Below are positions 51,901 to 64,000 of a DNA stretch of 64,000 nucleotides, piece by piece; the stretch's first letter is position 1; the number at the start of each line of letters is the position of its first letter. Where the stretch lies: contig CM035359.1 in NCBI GenBank assembly GCA_020137815.1, positions 1,302,001 through 1,366,000 of the forward strand. Reading direction: 5' to 3'. Source of the stretch: Hormiphora californensis. Lineage: Eukaryota; Animalia; Ctenophora. The notes below the pieces were generated by a model, which did no database searches, was not told the DNA's origin, and saw only the letters and a program-made list of their open reading frames with translations. The position numbers and the translations under genes are program-made.

Positions 51901-51902
51901 GA
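34781..51902 (+). CDS. Class C GPCR (metabotropic glutamate / calcium-sensing receptor-like), ~18+ exons; VFT end, CRD and TM1 garbled in this assembly
   Basis: Signal exon 34781-34854; GDMLIG ~35256-35284; EAFKWAIDNINKDERILPNFTLGYEIKDT ~35449-35636; IVGPGSSKVA ~35982-36067; PMISYAATSDILSNTDRFSLFARTVPSD ~38820-38952; WIAPDSW ~39697-39859; TPIVKASSRELC ~47995-48115; LFLKVTRV; SYRVRKLPSNFQ|EAKFI; YFKKVNIILLYPERN ~49549-49691; tail exons ~50523-50645, 51414-51533, 51810-51902. Confidence 0.9.
36193..36301. mobile_element. ~105-bp hAT-type MITE copy
   Basis: Same family as 21778-21878, opposite orientation. Confidence 0.85.
36478..36557. repeat. (GT)n microsatellite
   Basis: Direct reading. Confidence 0.98.
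36771..36986. repeat. ~215-bp inverted repeat (hairpin)
   Basis: atttagagcaaaaactaattgaaattag... / ...ctaatttcaattagtttttgctctaaat, ~90-bp arms. Confidence 0.88.
37676..37729 (-). ncRNA. Minimal type I hammerhead ribozyme (copy 1)
   Basis: Minus strand gtcgc CTGATGA t-tcg-ctt-ccc-gtaa-ggg-ttt-cga-t GAA ACAATTGT A gcgtac: core boxes, stem II with GNRA loop, palindromic stem III, GUA triplet, stem I cgc/gcg. Confidence 0.75.
38157..38210 (-). ncRNA. Minimal type I hammerhead ribozyme (copy 2)
   Basis: Identical to copy 1, 481 nt away. Confidence 0.75.
39947..41300 (-). mobile_element. Non-LTR retroelement with ORF1 only (CR1/L2-type ORF1p: coiled coil + RRM + CTD) and (TTA)n tail
   Basis: ORFs 40906-41211 and 40235-40936 (one frameshift): coiled coil, then YRLGRY..RPVKLVF..GFYLAPDRTPEERAARRVLVEELK; ~255-bp 3' region, then (TTA)n at 39947-39980; the 5' boundary is approximate. 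Confidence 0.75.
42464..45655 (-). CDS. Intronless LDL-receptor class A repeat + rhodopsin-type 7TM GPCR (GRL101-like), nested antisense; 3' half frameshifted (assembly error or pseudogene)
   Basis: MIYLALGIIL signal; LDLa motifs CNGVDDC, DGAVDCLDGSDE, CDLVDDCGDGSDE, CDGKFDCIDFSDEC; TM motifs SFADLL..VYLL, FC..Q.DW.SG..C, TDFCCWMPF, NSFINPLLY across frame changes. Confidence 0.82.
47620..47886. repeat. ~3-copy 70-100 bp tandem repeat
   Basis: ttccaagaacaagaacctc..atctgaattagaagtagaaaaa recurs three times. Confidence 0.85.
48514..48604. mobile_element. hAT-type MITE copy (internally shortened)
   Basis: Same core ccagtcacgtgacctaaataacgagttctgattgg. Confidence 0.8.
49703..49774. mobile_element. 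~70-bp interspersed repeat (tatgttctaaccctcc..gaaacacagtctag..aggcaagg)
   Basis: Copies at ~13003-13069, ~20205-20260 (inverted), ~52215-52246 (partial) and ~60838-60890. Confidence 0.75.
50670..50812. repeat. Degenerate ~31-bp tandem repeat downstream of a donor
   Basis: ggttaccatggcaactgaatagtgtactgt variants, about five copies. Confidence 0.85.
51552..51660. mobile_element. hAT-type MITE copy with perfect 8-bp TSD
   Basis: AGACTAAC|caggaaccgaccgaa...ttcggtcgattcctc|AGACTAAC. Confidence 0.9.
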
Positions 51903-52915
51903 AGATCGAGATCATGGCATCTGTGCAAGATAGAGAGAATGTGAGCGGTGAAATACGCCTATGCTTTATAAAATGACCCTGGCTGTTGTTGTAACATGTA
52001 CACTAATGTTTGTCATGAATGCGTGTCTAGTCCCGTATCGTGAAGCAACAACTACATATATAACGTTTCATAAAATTATTTTCATAAAATTGTTTCCATA
52101 AAACGTTTCTAGGTTGGTTCTTGCCTTCTTCGAAGCCATGTAACTATGTACAACGTTTCATAAAATTATTTTCATAAAGCTTCTGAGAGACTAGGTTGGT
52201 ACTTGCCTTGTTCGACCATTTACAAATGTAAAGGAGGTTTAGAACAAGCTGAATGTTGACCTACAATTGTGAAGCAAGATCTAAGAGAGATATTATACCA
52301 ACCTCTGTATTGTCAGTCACTTTCTTCCAATGTTGTAAGAAAGAGACTGTTCAATGTCTTATCGCATGGCATTAAAAAAGCGAAGACCACCTCATCTTAA
52401 TTCCGATATAAATTATATGCGATATATATGATAAGTCGGGGTTCAACTGTTCATTATATGCAAAAGGTAAAACTGTGAAGCAAACTTTAATTTTGTATTG
52501 AGACCCTACGCTAAATTAACCTTATACATTTTCAGTTGTATGAGACTGGACATGAGACACACGATCTGGTAACAGAAACCTGCTTTTACAGCACCGCATC
52601 GGATCAAGAATTCACGTGATGATATCCTGGACAATTTAATTGGTATATCAGACTGAAACAGTTCTATTGGTTGAGAGAGATAGTATAGAGATAGTATAGA
52701 TCGTTTATAAGATTGGTTGATTTATTTTTCAAGAAAACATTAACTATAAAAGGATTTAGTGAAGAGTAAAGAGTGATTACTAGCCCATAGTAATGAGTCG
52801 ATATAAATATTATGATCAATGGAGCGTGTCAAACAAGCATAAATGAACATGATCTCATAGTGGTCAGAAAACAGAAGCTATAGAAAAATCAAGAGAGAGA
52901 GGGAGAGAGAGAGAG

Positions 52916-52946
<31 letters not shown>

Positions 52947-53041
52947 AGCTGAGTCTAAGAGAGAGAAGCTGAGAGAGCTAGAAAGAGAGAGAGAGAGAGA
53001 GAGAGAGAAATAGATAGAGAGAGAAATAGATAGAGAGAGAA

Positions 53042-53185
<144 letters not shown>

Positions 53186-53482
53186 CAAGGAGAAAAAAGA
53201 GAGAGCGAGATAAATCTGGAGATATGCCTCTAGACCGCAGAATCTTCTAGAGAAGGAGCACCGTCAACAAAGAGTAAAGACGAATCACGTGTAGAAGATG
53301 TGACACACTGTAAAAAGGAAAATTATTAACACTCTAGTCGTCTGCAGCAGTATCCAGTTTTCTAATTGTATTGATTGTTTTATGAGACTTGAAATTGAAT
53401 TTTTCAGTTAAAATCGAGATTTTAAATCATTGTTCTTTAAATACACAGTCAGACTCCCATTTACAGGAACCTATATATCATA

Positions 53483-54074
53483 TCATACTACTTACTAAGC
53501 AAATTGTGTGACACAGGTCACCTGGCAACTACACTTGCACGTGCAATTATTAGAGGGACCTGGAGACCTCTCTCCCGGTTGCAGTTGGGTACCAAGGGGA
53601 AATTCAATTCTGCACGTGCATTCTTTTACTTCTGTCCTGATGTCTAGCTCATTCCACCCCAAGCGCTATTAGGCAACGTTTATCTGGGTCCAGGAGAACT
53701 GCTGCTGTCAGGGAGCAGGCTAGAGAATATGACAGATTACGCCAACGTGTTCAAGCGAGCCAATCAACGACTACTGATAGCTTTACCCAACGTCGCCCAA
53801 GGGTGATTACTCCAGTCGAATATAGAAATCTCCGAATCGGCTACATAGCGGCCAAGTTTTCACGTGATGAGTTTCTGGAACAGCACTGCACCTCCCTGAC
53901 ATTGATCTCTTAAATTCGCACCTTGACATTGTCAGGAAGCCCAGAGCGTACAACAACATGGGTAGGGAGAAAGTGAGAGATAGGCTAGGAACGGATGGTG
54001 CAGGTGATGTCAGCGTTCCCTAATCCAGCTACCATTTCCCCGAAATTCGCCCGTAGGGCGAACGGGCCTACTAG
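53483..54074 (+). mobile_element. Non-autonomous Helitron (family-1 termini, different interior)
   Basis: a|TCATACTACTTACTAAGCAAAT ... ccatttccccgaaattcgcccgtagggcgaacgggcctaCTAG|t. Confidence 0.72.
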
Positions 54075-54744
54075 TTTACTGAAGGGAAAAGTGGGAGGGA
54101 TTCGATGCAGTATATAATATAATCGTCTGTGCTAACTAGACAGAAAATCAGCCGAAAGGAGAAAACTAAACTTCCTCACTAGACAAAATCCTTACCCCAG
54201 GGCCGGGTATCGGTAAAGTAGGGTCCGACTGTGGAAAATTTAAGTTTGTTTGTTTATGATTGTTGCGTCTGGAGGATGACCTGCCCGAAAGTAATTTAAA
54301 TTTAAGTCGTTGGTGTAGTTTTCGTTTTATTTATTTTTAGAATCTAACAAGCGAACAGATTCTGCAAGCTAACAAATTATATTGTGGAGCTCGTGCAGGA
54401 ATTTCAATTCCATTTAAACAAGCTTTTAACGAAATATGTGAAACCACTTTCGGGTTCCCGCAGATGGGCGTGGCACGGAGGTTTGTGTGTGTGGTGTCAT
54501 TTTCACACTTGGTATTTAAGCACCACTGCATGTCGCTTTACAAAATCAGAGCATTGACTATTCAAAACTGTGCACACTACGAAATCAGAGAACTCGGTCT
54601 AAAGAGGACTGAACCTTAGCTTTCATAATCGAATGTCCTGGCTCATCCAATCGATCAGCTCTTAAAAACTCTCTTGATTTTATAGCCTTTTCTTGATTTT
54701 GTGGAATCTTTAGCTTTTGAAGTTTTCGGATACAATAACAGCGC

Positions 54745-54915
54745 CGCTTGTAGTCGCATTACCGTAATGGAAATACAGTAATGAGACGCACACTTTGCGT
54801 AACACGCAGCAAAAAGTGCATGTGTTCAGCACGTACTAGCGCCCTGATTGGCCACGGTTGCGTGTATTCATACTGTATCTCCGTTTTTCCATTACCGTTT
54901 TCCCACTACAAGCGA
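54745..54915. mobile_element. Degenerate MITE-like inverted repeat
   Basis: cgcttgtagt..cgtaatggaaatacagta / tactgtat..ttccattacc..actacaagcg. Confidence 0.5.
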
Positions 54916-55225
54916 CCGTGTAATAATAATAATATAGCGGAGCATATAACTGATAGTTCGGGAACGCTATAATGCCATTCCATGTGATCGGTGACAATCA
55001 GCATGCACGTCACACAGCTGCAGATTGGATAGTTCGTGTGTATTTTAACAAGGATTCTTCAACCGTTTTTGAGACGTAATTTAATTCATTTGAATGGTCC
55101 AATGTTGACTTTTCAGTATATCGGATTTTTAAACTGTTTTTTTCTAAATAAGCCATTTTAGGAAAAACCAACACAACATCAAGTATGCACGTGCAGAAGA
55201 AGTGGTTTCAAAGCGCCGCTCTCTT

Positions 55226-55274
<49 letters not shown>

Positions 55275-55279
55275 TCTCT

Positions 55280-55399
<120 letters not shown>

Positions 55400-55553
55400 C
55401 CTCTCCCTCTCTCTTTATATATCTGCCTCTCTTTCTCTCTAGCTATCTATCTTTCTCTCATTTATTCTCACAGCATATGTCTCGCTATGCCCTATGGATA
55501 AATCTCTTTTTATCTATGCCGACAATAGAAAATGAACGAGAAGTAAGATAGAA

Positions 55554-55606
<53 letters not shown>

Positions 55607-55936
55607 GAGAGAGAGAGAGAGTGAGAGAGAGTGAGGGGGGAGAGAGAGAGAGAGGGAGAGAGGGTCAATCCCAGTGAAGAGAGAAGATTAAGGAAGGAGA
55701 TAGGTATAAAATAGTATGACACACGTGTGACGTGACACGTGAGAAATGTAACAGACCATGGCACTAGGTAGCATATATAGCAAGATCAACACCATATTCT
55801 GTAGCGGTTGGGATTTTTTTGCCAAGATTTCACCCAACATTCTGTATTTCTGTCGAGAACTGCTTCATTGAGTATATTGCTTAATGCTTAGTTTTAGCTT
55901 GAGAGGTAGTAAATTGTATATTATATGTGATGTGAT

Positions 55937-56729
55937 TAGGGTTGGCAATATGGAAATTCCATATGGAAATTCCATATGGAAAATGCCGTTTTTAAATTCC
56001 ATATTTCATATGGAAAAACGTTCATGGAAACATGGAATTTTTCTCGTGATACCAGGTGTAAGAATAGGGTTCTAAATTCATCATAAGCCGGTTTCAGATG
56101 ACACAGCTTGCGTGTGTGAGATAGGTATCCTGTATCCTACCAGTGATCTAATTGGGCCTCTCTCATTCGTAGCGACCATGCTGTATTCACAGAGATTGGT
56201 TAATAGAGTATGATTATCTTCAAGAGTGCGAATATGAAAATGAAATTGTTGTACGATGGCTTCGGGTGAATATACTGCCAATATATTGCCAAGTGAGCCA
56301 AATTTGGCCATCAGCCTGTGCCTTGTTTTGTTCAAACCGGGGCGCGGGGAAGGAGGGTCGAACAAGGCAACCTGTGCCCTGTGTGGCAGACGAAATTCGT
56401 TTCGTCTGAACATGACCCGAGGGAAGTTAACAAAAAACACTCTACCGGGAAACCTCGTGACAAGTGCCAATATGTTATTTTTGACTAAATTGTACAGTAG
56501 ACTTGGATACGAGGGCCTCTTATAACAGTTTTAATTTCCAGCTTAGTGCTTAGGAGAAAGAAAATTAGATTTTTGATGGAAATGCATGTAACTTATCAAG
56601 TTATACATTTTAAAACAAGGCTCATTTTTTTAGTTGAAAATCCATATGGAATTCCATATGGATTTTTTTGGGAAATGGAAATTCCATATTCCATATGGAA
56701 TTTAAAGCAACATGGAACGGACAACCCTA
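55937..56729. mobile_element. Non-autonomous hAT element
   Basis: GATGTGAT|TAGGGTTG ... CAACCCTA|GATGTGAT (8-bp TSD); subterminal ttccatatggaa palindromes. Confidence 0.9.
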
Positions 56730-56780
56730 GATGTGATCTAGACGGGTCTCAGAAGGGTTTAGGAATATCAGTCTATCATA

Positions 56781-59116
56781 CCGTGTGGGCCAATAAAAAG
56801 GGAGGGTCTTAAATCTTAGATTTCTCCGGCACCTTAATTCCAATGGTTCTGAAATTTTGACACAATGTTGTTGAGCTTATGCCAGATATGTGTACAGAGT
56901 TTCAAGCCCAAAAATGCAGAAATTCATTAATGAACCTAAATTCCAGTTGTTCCAAGTCGATTTGGATCGCAAAATTGCAGCCACTCAATAGTGTTAACAT
57001 TTATCAATGGCAATCTGAAATTTCATTGACAATGAATAAAGTTTAGTGGGTGAAATTAATGAATTAAAAGTGATCATTTTTTCAAACAAGAATTAATGCA
57101 TTATGTTTCATAATGCTATGTTTCCCCGCCAACCTTTCATCCCTAACATGAAGGCGGATAGACATTTTGGATGATTTATACATCACGCAAACAGTATAGA
57201 ACAAATCCTTGTTTTTTAGTTGCACTAAATTGCGCGCCACATTGCGGAATTGCGCGCCACACATTTCCTGAAAACATGTCAATGAAGTGGTTTATGAAGG
57301 AGCAGGTTGCTGTTGTGTGCGCGGCTCTAGTTGCTACATGTTGCCCCTCACAACCTGAAACGGGACAAGAGAGCTGACTTGCTACACATAGTCACTATAT
57401 CCGTTTAGATTTCTAAACCCCCTATGCCTTTTTGCAAAAGGCATCCGGGTGAAGGCCTTCGGCCTTCACCCGGGCGGGGAAAAAATAGATTTTCTCTGAA
57501 AATGAGAGATTTGCACTGTACAGATGAAATTAAAACCTACCTGGGTTATGTTTCAATCATTTAAGTTCACTAGCGCACCCATTTGGTGCGCCTCAAGTAA
57601 GGGCTTTTTGATAACCCACCCGGCAAAGCCGGGTGGTTCTTTTCGCCCCTTTCAACGTCAATAACACGGTTGCCATGGCAACTGAATTGGTAACTATGGG
57701 GACTGGCATGTTAAAAGTCATTCGAAAATATTAACAAACTTCCACTGGAAGTTCCAAAACTGTGAGTAACAGCTTTACAGCTTTGGGCATATAAAGTGTT
57801 TTATGAAGGAGCACTGTCGCGTAGATACCGCCTAACGAACGGCCATCACTTCGACGACGTTCATCTCCAAATTATAATAGAGATAGCGCACCCATTGGGT
57901 GCGCCTCAAATAAGGGGTGTTCACAAACCACCCGGCTTCGCCGGGTGGCCCTCTTTTTTCCCACATTTGATGGTTGCCATGGCAACTAAATCGGTAACTA
58001 TGGAGACTGAATTGCTAAATTATGTTCCGAAATAATCACTAACTGCCAGCAGAGTTTAAACATCTGCTCCCAAGAAGAAAGCCGGCTGTTTAGCGTACTT
58101 CGTTGCCCGGCTTTGAGTTTTCCATCAAAGTTCCATTATCACTCCCATAATTTAATGGGTGTGGAATACATGTCACAAAGACATGTGAGCACTGAGCTGA
58201 TGAGAAATGTGACACTGACAGGGGTACTAATGAGGTTAACTAATAGGGTTGATGTGATCTGATAGCAGGGGATCTAAGAGAACTGTAGAAATAGAAGGTG
58301 TCCCTATAGCAACATGAATGATTATGACGACACCTCGACCAAAATGACGTGTCTGGAACGCGCGGGTAGGAAGTTGAATTGAAAGTTTCTAATGTCTTCT
58401 GTGTGTGCTGTGCGCGCCGCGCGATTTCCTTCTTGGCTGCCGTAGTTACGTCAGTTCACCAATATTTCGTCACAACACGCCACTGAAATTCTTAATGAAG
58501 GAGCAGTCTGTCGCTTAGATACCGCCTAACGAACGGCCACTTCGACGCGACATCTCCAAATTATAATAGAGATTCTGGCATGTTAAATTTTTTTTAAATT
58601 TATTTTTTTAATTTTCTATTTTTCTCCGATTTTTCGTTAATAACTGCATAACTTAACATTTAACCGATAGTTCATTAACAAACCGTTAGTTGAGACATTA
58701 GTAAATCGAAAACTTGCTAATGGAAGCTTGCTAATGCTTATACTGATTGGTAACAACAAGCGTCATGTGACCTCCATGCAACCAACAAGAAACGTAATCA
58801 AGGTGTGACAAAATCTTGTTAGCAAGATTGCAATAGGTCTAGAATTCCCTTTGTTGTACCCAGTATCACATATCCGGCGTGGAGTGCAAAGAGGTTCCTG
58901 GAAAACGAAAATACCTGGAATAGAGAACACCTGTAATGGCTTAAAAACAGGAATTTAGGTTCATTAATGAATTTCTGCATTTTTGGACTTGAAACTCTGT
59001 ACACATTATATCTGGCATAAGCTCAACAACATTGTGTCAAAATTTCAGAACCATTGGAATTAAGGTGCCGGAGAAATCTAAGATTTTAGACCCTCCCTTT
59101 TTATTGGCCCACACGG
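56781..59116. mobile_element. Tc1/mariner-like non-autonomous element with nested insertions
   Basis: TA|CCGTGTGGGCCAATAAAAAGGGAGG ... CCTCCCTTTTTATTGGCCCACACGG|TA; ~165-bp TIRs. Confidence 0.85.
57570..58572 (-). mobile_element. Two head-to-tail non-autonomous Helitrons (family 2): 57884-58572 and 57570-57883
   Basis: Both start TCTCTATTATAATTTGGAGATG on the minus strand and end in hairpin gcgcacc..ggtgcgc + CTAG|t (CTA only at the internal junction). Confidence 0.72.
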
Positions 59117-59244
59117 TATATTCATGATGCTTGTCAGTCTGAAATCCGTTAAGAACTTCTATCGGAAAATACTATCATCACGTACCCAAGTCTGCCCTTA
59201 TTTACCCAAGTTTCTTTTAGACAATAATAAATATTCAATGGAGA

Positions 59245-59330
59245 CTGGGATGATCTAAAGAAAAGTCCAATCCGATAAGAGTCTTTATAAAGACTCTTAT
59301 TGGATTGGACGTTTCTTTAGACCATCCCCG
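59245..59330. repeat. ~85-bp palindrome
   Basis: gggatgatctaaagaaaagtccaatcc..agagtctttataaagactct..ggattggacgtttctttagaccatccc. Confidence 0.8.
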
Positions 59331-59513
59331 GATCTCCATTGAATATGTCATCCTTGTCTTTGTCCGGACAGTGATCTCGGACAATACGTATTCTAAAGCT
59401 TGGTAGTGTTTGTTCCACTCGACTACGAGCCGCCCAATTGAATACACATTTACTACGGCTAGGTTGATGAATTGGGAGAGAGAGGGAGAGAGGGTGTGTG
59501 AGAGAGGGAAAAA

Positions 59514-59565
<52 letters not shown>

Positions 59566-62500
59566 GGAGACTAAAATGACTAGAGTAGACTGGAAAATCG
59601 TATCATACAGTCTATTATCATATATCCCATTATGATCATGACTGGCCCTCATGACCCAACCTTAAGGAGAATTGGAAAAATATCACACTCCGCTGCAATT
59701 TAGGTCATCATACGTCCTGTTGTAGTACGGCATGTCTCCCTCGGTAGCATGTAAAGGGTCACAAATTGTGACACGATCCACTTAGTTTTCTCCTACTTCC
59801 TTTCTTTACGCTTGTTTGTCAATTGGGATTTAAGTTGTTGGATCAACCTATTAAGAACTTTGTCAAAGAAGGGAAGAAATAGAATAGTTTTATGAATCAG
59901 ATTGGGATCATATTACAGATCAGGTCATGAAGCCTTGAGGAGCTGCCGTTCATTTCTAAATATAGTAAAGATGGTCTTCCTGATAGAACTTTCACCAGAG
60001 TTTGGGTCATTCGATTAACAGGGACCGAATCCAAGAGTAACAACATATTATTATTATATGCCACCCTGGCCAAATGCCTGACCGAATGGCTGGTAAACGC
60101 ATTCCCTATAGCTATATAGAGCTTGGAAAACATAAAGTAACCTATCATATACGACGTACTTCTTTAGAGACGATAATCTATAATTATCTACTAAATATGA
60201 TTTCACAAGAAAGTATATTATTTAGGCAAATGCAGCAGCCCAGCTCCTCTATGCAGTAGTTGTGTTATTGTTAGGCGTGTTGTGTATGTGGTATATTTGT
60301 CCAGTAAAACATGTGTATACTTGGTATATTACAGAACTCTTTTCGGCTTGTTAACAACTCTTTCGTAGCTTATATATATATATATTAGTTAATGGACTTG
60401 GAAGTTCATGTTGACGTCTATCGACAAACAATGTTCCCCCTGGCCCATGGGGGCCTGGGGAAAAAATGACTTGTTCAAGACGAATTCCATCTTTCTAGGA
60501 TATCCCGTCAATTGATTGTCTCCGCACTACCCAAAATCAAACGGTTCAAGTATACTTACGTATTACTCAGAAAATCATCCCTACTTGACAAATTACATCT
60601 ATCTCCAACGTTGGACTAAATTCTGGTATGTATCTGGCTCCCGGCCATGATACTACATGATTCTTTGGCAGTATAGCACCGCCGTCGCCCTAGGATTCCC
60701 AATTGGATTTTGAGAGATAGATCAGTAGTAGCACGTCATCAGCTGACATTATGTAATAGGGCTATACACCATATATAACGTCATTATATATGACGTGTTA
60801 AGAGTTATAATATATTGGATAGGTTGCTGCTTTTTGTTATGTTCTAACCCTCCTTTTCTGGGGCGCACGAAACAGAGTTTAACTAGGCAAACAGCTTTAG
60901 CGAAATTGTTGAAGATATTTTATTACTATTGAAAAAAGTGCTTTCTGCTGGACTGTCAAGTTTACATGATACGATATCGAAACGTTAAATGGCTTGATGG
61001 ATTAACTTGATGGCTAAATTGTTCTAAGAACAACGTTCTTTGCATGCAGCTAACGCCCAATCTTTTGGGACATCGTTTAATTTATTAATAAACTGTATCA
61101 TATCTGTATCATATCTGCAGTGCTGATGGATTGTCGAGTTTAGAATACCTATCTAGTAAAAATGATAAGATATTAAAACGTTTGATGGTTTTGAAGTTTG
61201 CTTAAATGCTCGTTTCAGCTAACGCCCATTATCTTTTGCGACATCGCCGAATTAGGTCTTTAAAAACGGCAGATCTGCTGCAGGCTTCTGCAGGACTGTC
61301 AGATTCAGACTAGTTTTGAAATTCGACAGTTGAGAAAGTCTTAGGAAGTCTCACTTGATAGTTCATGTTATTGGTTAACTGTTTGGTTACTTAAGCAACT
61401 GCACTGATATAAAAGCGTGGAACAGAATCCTACGTATCCTACTACATAAGGGAGCACTACTATTATATATATGCAATTTTGTTATACTCGGTGAACCCTC
61501 TATTTACCCTCTACTTACCGTGAATTTATCCTTCCCCGAGGATTCAAGTGAATCGAGGTTTCATTGTAAAACACGGGCCGTGGAGGGAGGGGGTTACATC
61601 AGGTAATGGGCCTGTTGACGCTCCCTAGCTCCAACATTAACTACCTGAGTCAGGTAGTTAATGTGGGAGCTACCTGACTGCATAAGGTAATGCGCCGGTT
61701 GAAAGCGTGGAATTCCTTAGCAAACTGCATGAGGTAATGCAAATGTGTTTTCCAAAATCTTCCGCAGAAATACCAGCTTTTCAGAGGAACACGCTTTCAG
61801 AACGCTATTTTTAGAGGTTGACGCTATGCCCCGTGGGGATACAATTAATGTAGATCTATCAGTTGGTGTCATTATGCATTACAACGCTGGTTGACACATA
61901 TATTGTAACGCGACCCCCACACATTCCACAGCTACTATATTTAAGAACAATATTGTTGGACAGAATTAGAAAAATGATTTGACTGTTTCTTGGAAAAGTA
62001 TATTATATCTAGGTTCAAGGTTGAGCAATTCAATCTCTTTCTTGATATAGATTTCTCTTTTCATAGATAAATTTTGCTATTACAGCTTCCGTATTTCAAG
62101 ATAGCTTCCGTAATTTCCTATTTTAGGCCGTTTCCGTTTTATTATTGGCTTGGTTGTTAATTTTTCAATTCTATATCGACCCCCTCTTTGAGTCGTATAC
62201 AAATAGGAAGACCAGGGCTGTTGCAATGAAGAAGCGTCTGTGAAGATGTTTCAAACAACAAAAGCTCCATCGCGGCAGATCTGATAGAGAGCGAGAACTG
62301 GTGAATTATATTATTATTATCGCCCACCTTGCCTTTGTGTCACTTCCGGTTGTGTGGTTCTAGTCTCTCTCTTTCGAGCGATATAGCTCTGTTGGTCTCG
62401 ATAGAACCTATAACATAGCTATTGGGAGCTTGGTAAAACAATTTCTCTTGGCCTAACCTACTTTTGATACTTTTGGTAAATTCATCCGATTCCGATTCCG

Positions 62501-62860
62501 ACTATCTTTTACAGGATAGTCTGACCAAATCATATTATGCTGCCTACTGATGATTGCTTATATATTATTATTCAACCTAATTGATTACTCAGTACACAGC
62601 ACTATAGCTTTCCTTTACCAACTCGTTCCCATTCGTCAATATATATAACAACTGTCAGACTTATTATTAATTAATTATTAATTAATTATTAATTAGGACA
62701 TACACGTACTCGATCACCCGGGGCCACTAAGGGGACGATGTTAGTTGCTGAGAAAGAGAGCTTTTTAGTTCAATTATAGGTCAGACGGAACCAGAGCAAA
62801 ATAATTTGTCCCGCGAGACATACTCTCCTACACACATGCTGAGAATGCAGGATAGAGAGA

Positions 62861-62910
<50 letters not shown>

Positions 62911-63043
62911 AAGCGTGGGAACTTATGTGTCTTATGTTCTATCTTAATTTCGCATGACACATTTTCCAGTTTCGCTACGTTTTGATGTCCCTTCTTGTGA
63001 CACGTGTCCTAAAATCTCCCATTTTCCCTAGATCTCTACTCTT

Positions 63044-63684
63044 ATGATGACTATGACTATTTTAAACCTTCTCTTCCTAACCATCCTGATAAACATTGCA
63101 AAAGGTAAATGAATAGAAATCATATTTTTCGAATAAATTATTTTCGGAAATTTATAATCAGTTTTTATTATCTGTCACAGATCGTAAAATGCTTTTCCCA
63201 CAGCAGACCATGGAAATCAGTATCACCAGATTGGGGTTAAACCCTTGGGATGTTGGATCCGAGACCAGCAGAATAAGCCTGCTATCTCTTCTTTTGAAAA
63301 ACAGAACCCACATGTCATGGATTCTTACTGGCTACGAACAGATCCTGTTATGGTAAGTTACTAATACCATAGTATACGTAATTGTGGGTTACTTGTGGTT
63401 AATAAAATATCATTAATGAGGCTAATAAAGTTGGAAACTACTAAGTTAAACACGCTAAATGATCTCGTACCCTCTTCAGGCATGTGCTAAAGCTGCCGCA
63501 GCGGAAGGATTTAACGTGTTTGCCGTTTCGAACCGAGGGTATTCCCGTGGAGGTTTGCCCATGGGGGGAGAGTGCTTCACCTCCTGTTCTGCGGCCAAGG
63601 ATTTCGCTCAGTATGGGAAATGGAAAGCAAGATGCGCTGAAGGGACTGGAGGACTTCTCTCCATGGATGTGTATAGTCTTGATG
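63044..63684 (+). CDS. 5' part of a secreted protein with a WSC-like Cys domain (continues beyond window)
   Basis: Exon 63044-63104 MMTMTILNLLFLTILINIAK|gtaaat; ~63207-63351 PLGCWIRD..AI..YWLRTDPVM|gtaag; ~63480-63684 CAKAAAAEGFNVFAV..GGECFT..YG..C..GTGG..MDVY|gtacgt. Confidence 0.72.
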
Positions 63685-63764
63685 GTACGTCCACAAATAC
63701 TGCATCCGTTCGATATGATACTGTTCCGTTCAAAGATAATAATTATAGGGATGTCATTGAACCT

Positions 63765-64000
63765 TAAAATCACAAATCTTCCAGTGAAGGTTTTTTAACA
63801 TCCCAAATCTTGCAGTGAAAACTTCCTAAAGTCCCAAATCTTCCAGTGAAAACTTCCTAAAGTCCCAAATCTTCCAGTGAAAACTTCCTAAAGTCCCAAA
63901 TCTTCCAGCGAAAACTTCCTAAAGTCCCAAATCTTACAGCGAAAACTTCCTAAAGTCCCAAATCTTCCAGTGAAAACTTCCCAAAGTCCCAAATCTTCCA
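63765..64000. repeat. 30-bp minisatellite running off the window end
   Basis: Unit aaacttcctaaagtcccaaatcttccagtg(a), 30-31 bp. Confidence 0.95.

Noticed and set aside
56081-56525. 129-aa and 89-aa ORFs inside the hAT element
   Set aside because: No BED finger, DDE or dimerisation motifs recognised

Overview
Eukaryotic, intron-rich, repeat-dense animal DNA, most likely a ctenophore. From memory, the ~105-bp CAGGAACCGACCGAA MITE, the [15 protein letters not shown] domain and the single-exon LDLa-GPCR resemble Pleurobrachia/Mnemiopsis sequences; this is unverified. Six protein-coding loci were read by hand: (1) a + strand secreted mosaic protein (C-type lectin x3, thyroglobulin-1, VWC, TIL), 181-13913; (2) a - strand secreted Kazal / ephrin-receptor-like Cys repeat / beta-gamma-crystallin / kringle x2 protein, 14322-27835; (3) a small antisense gene nested in an intron of (2); (4) a + strand class C (mGluR/CaSR-like) GPCR, 34781-51902; (5) an intronless LDLa + rhodopsin-type GPCR nested antisense in (4); (6) the start of a secreted WSC-like protein at 63044. 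Introns and intergenic DNA hold many non-autonomous elements (piggyBac-, Kolobok-, hAT-, Tc1-like, Helitrons, HINE-like, foldbacks, an ORF1-only LINE). Two observations stand out: a 481-nt tandem repeat carrying two identical minimal type I hammerhead ribozymes (Penelope/retrozyme-like, 37648-38403), and a recurrent pattern of tandem duplications anchored on splice junctions, including two ~45-copy 31-bp arrays that each re-create GAAACAG|GTA. Several coding stretches show dense 1-nt indels, probably assembly errors. Exon coordinates are hand-derived and may be off by a few bases.
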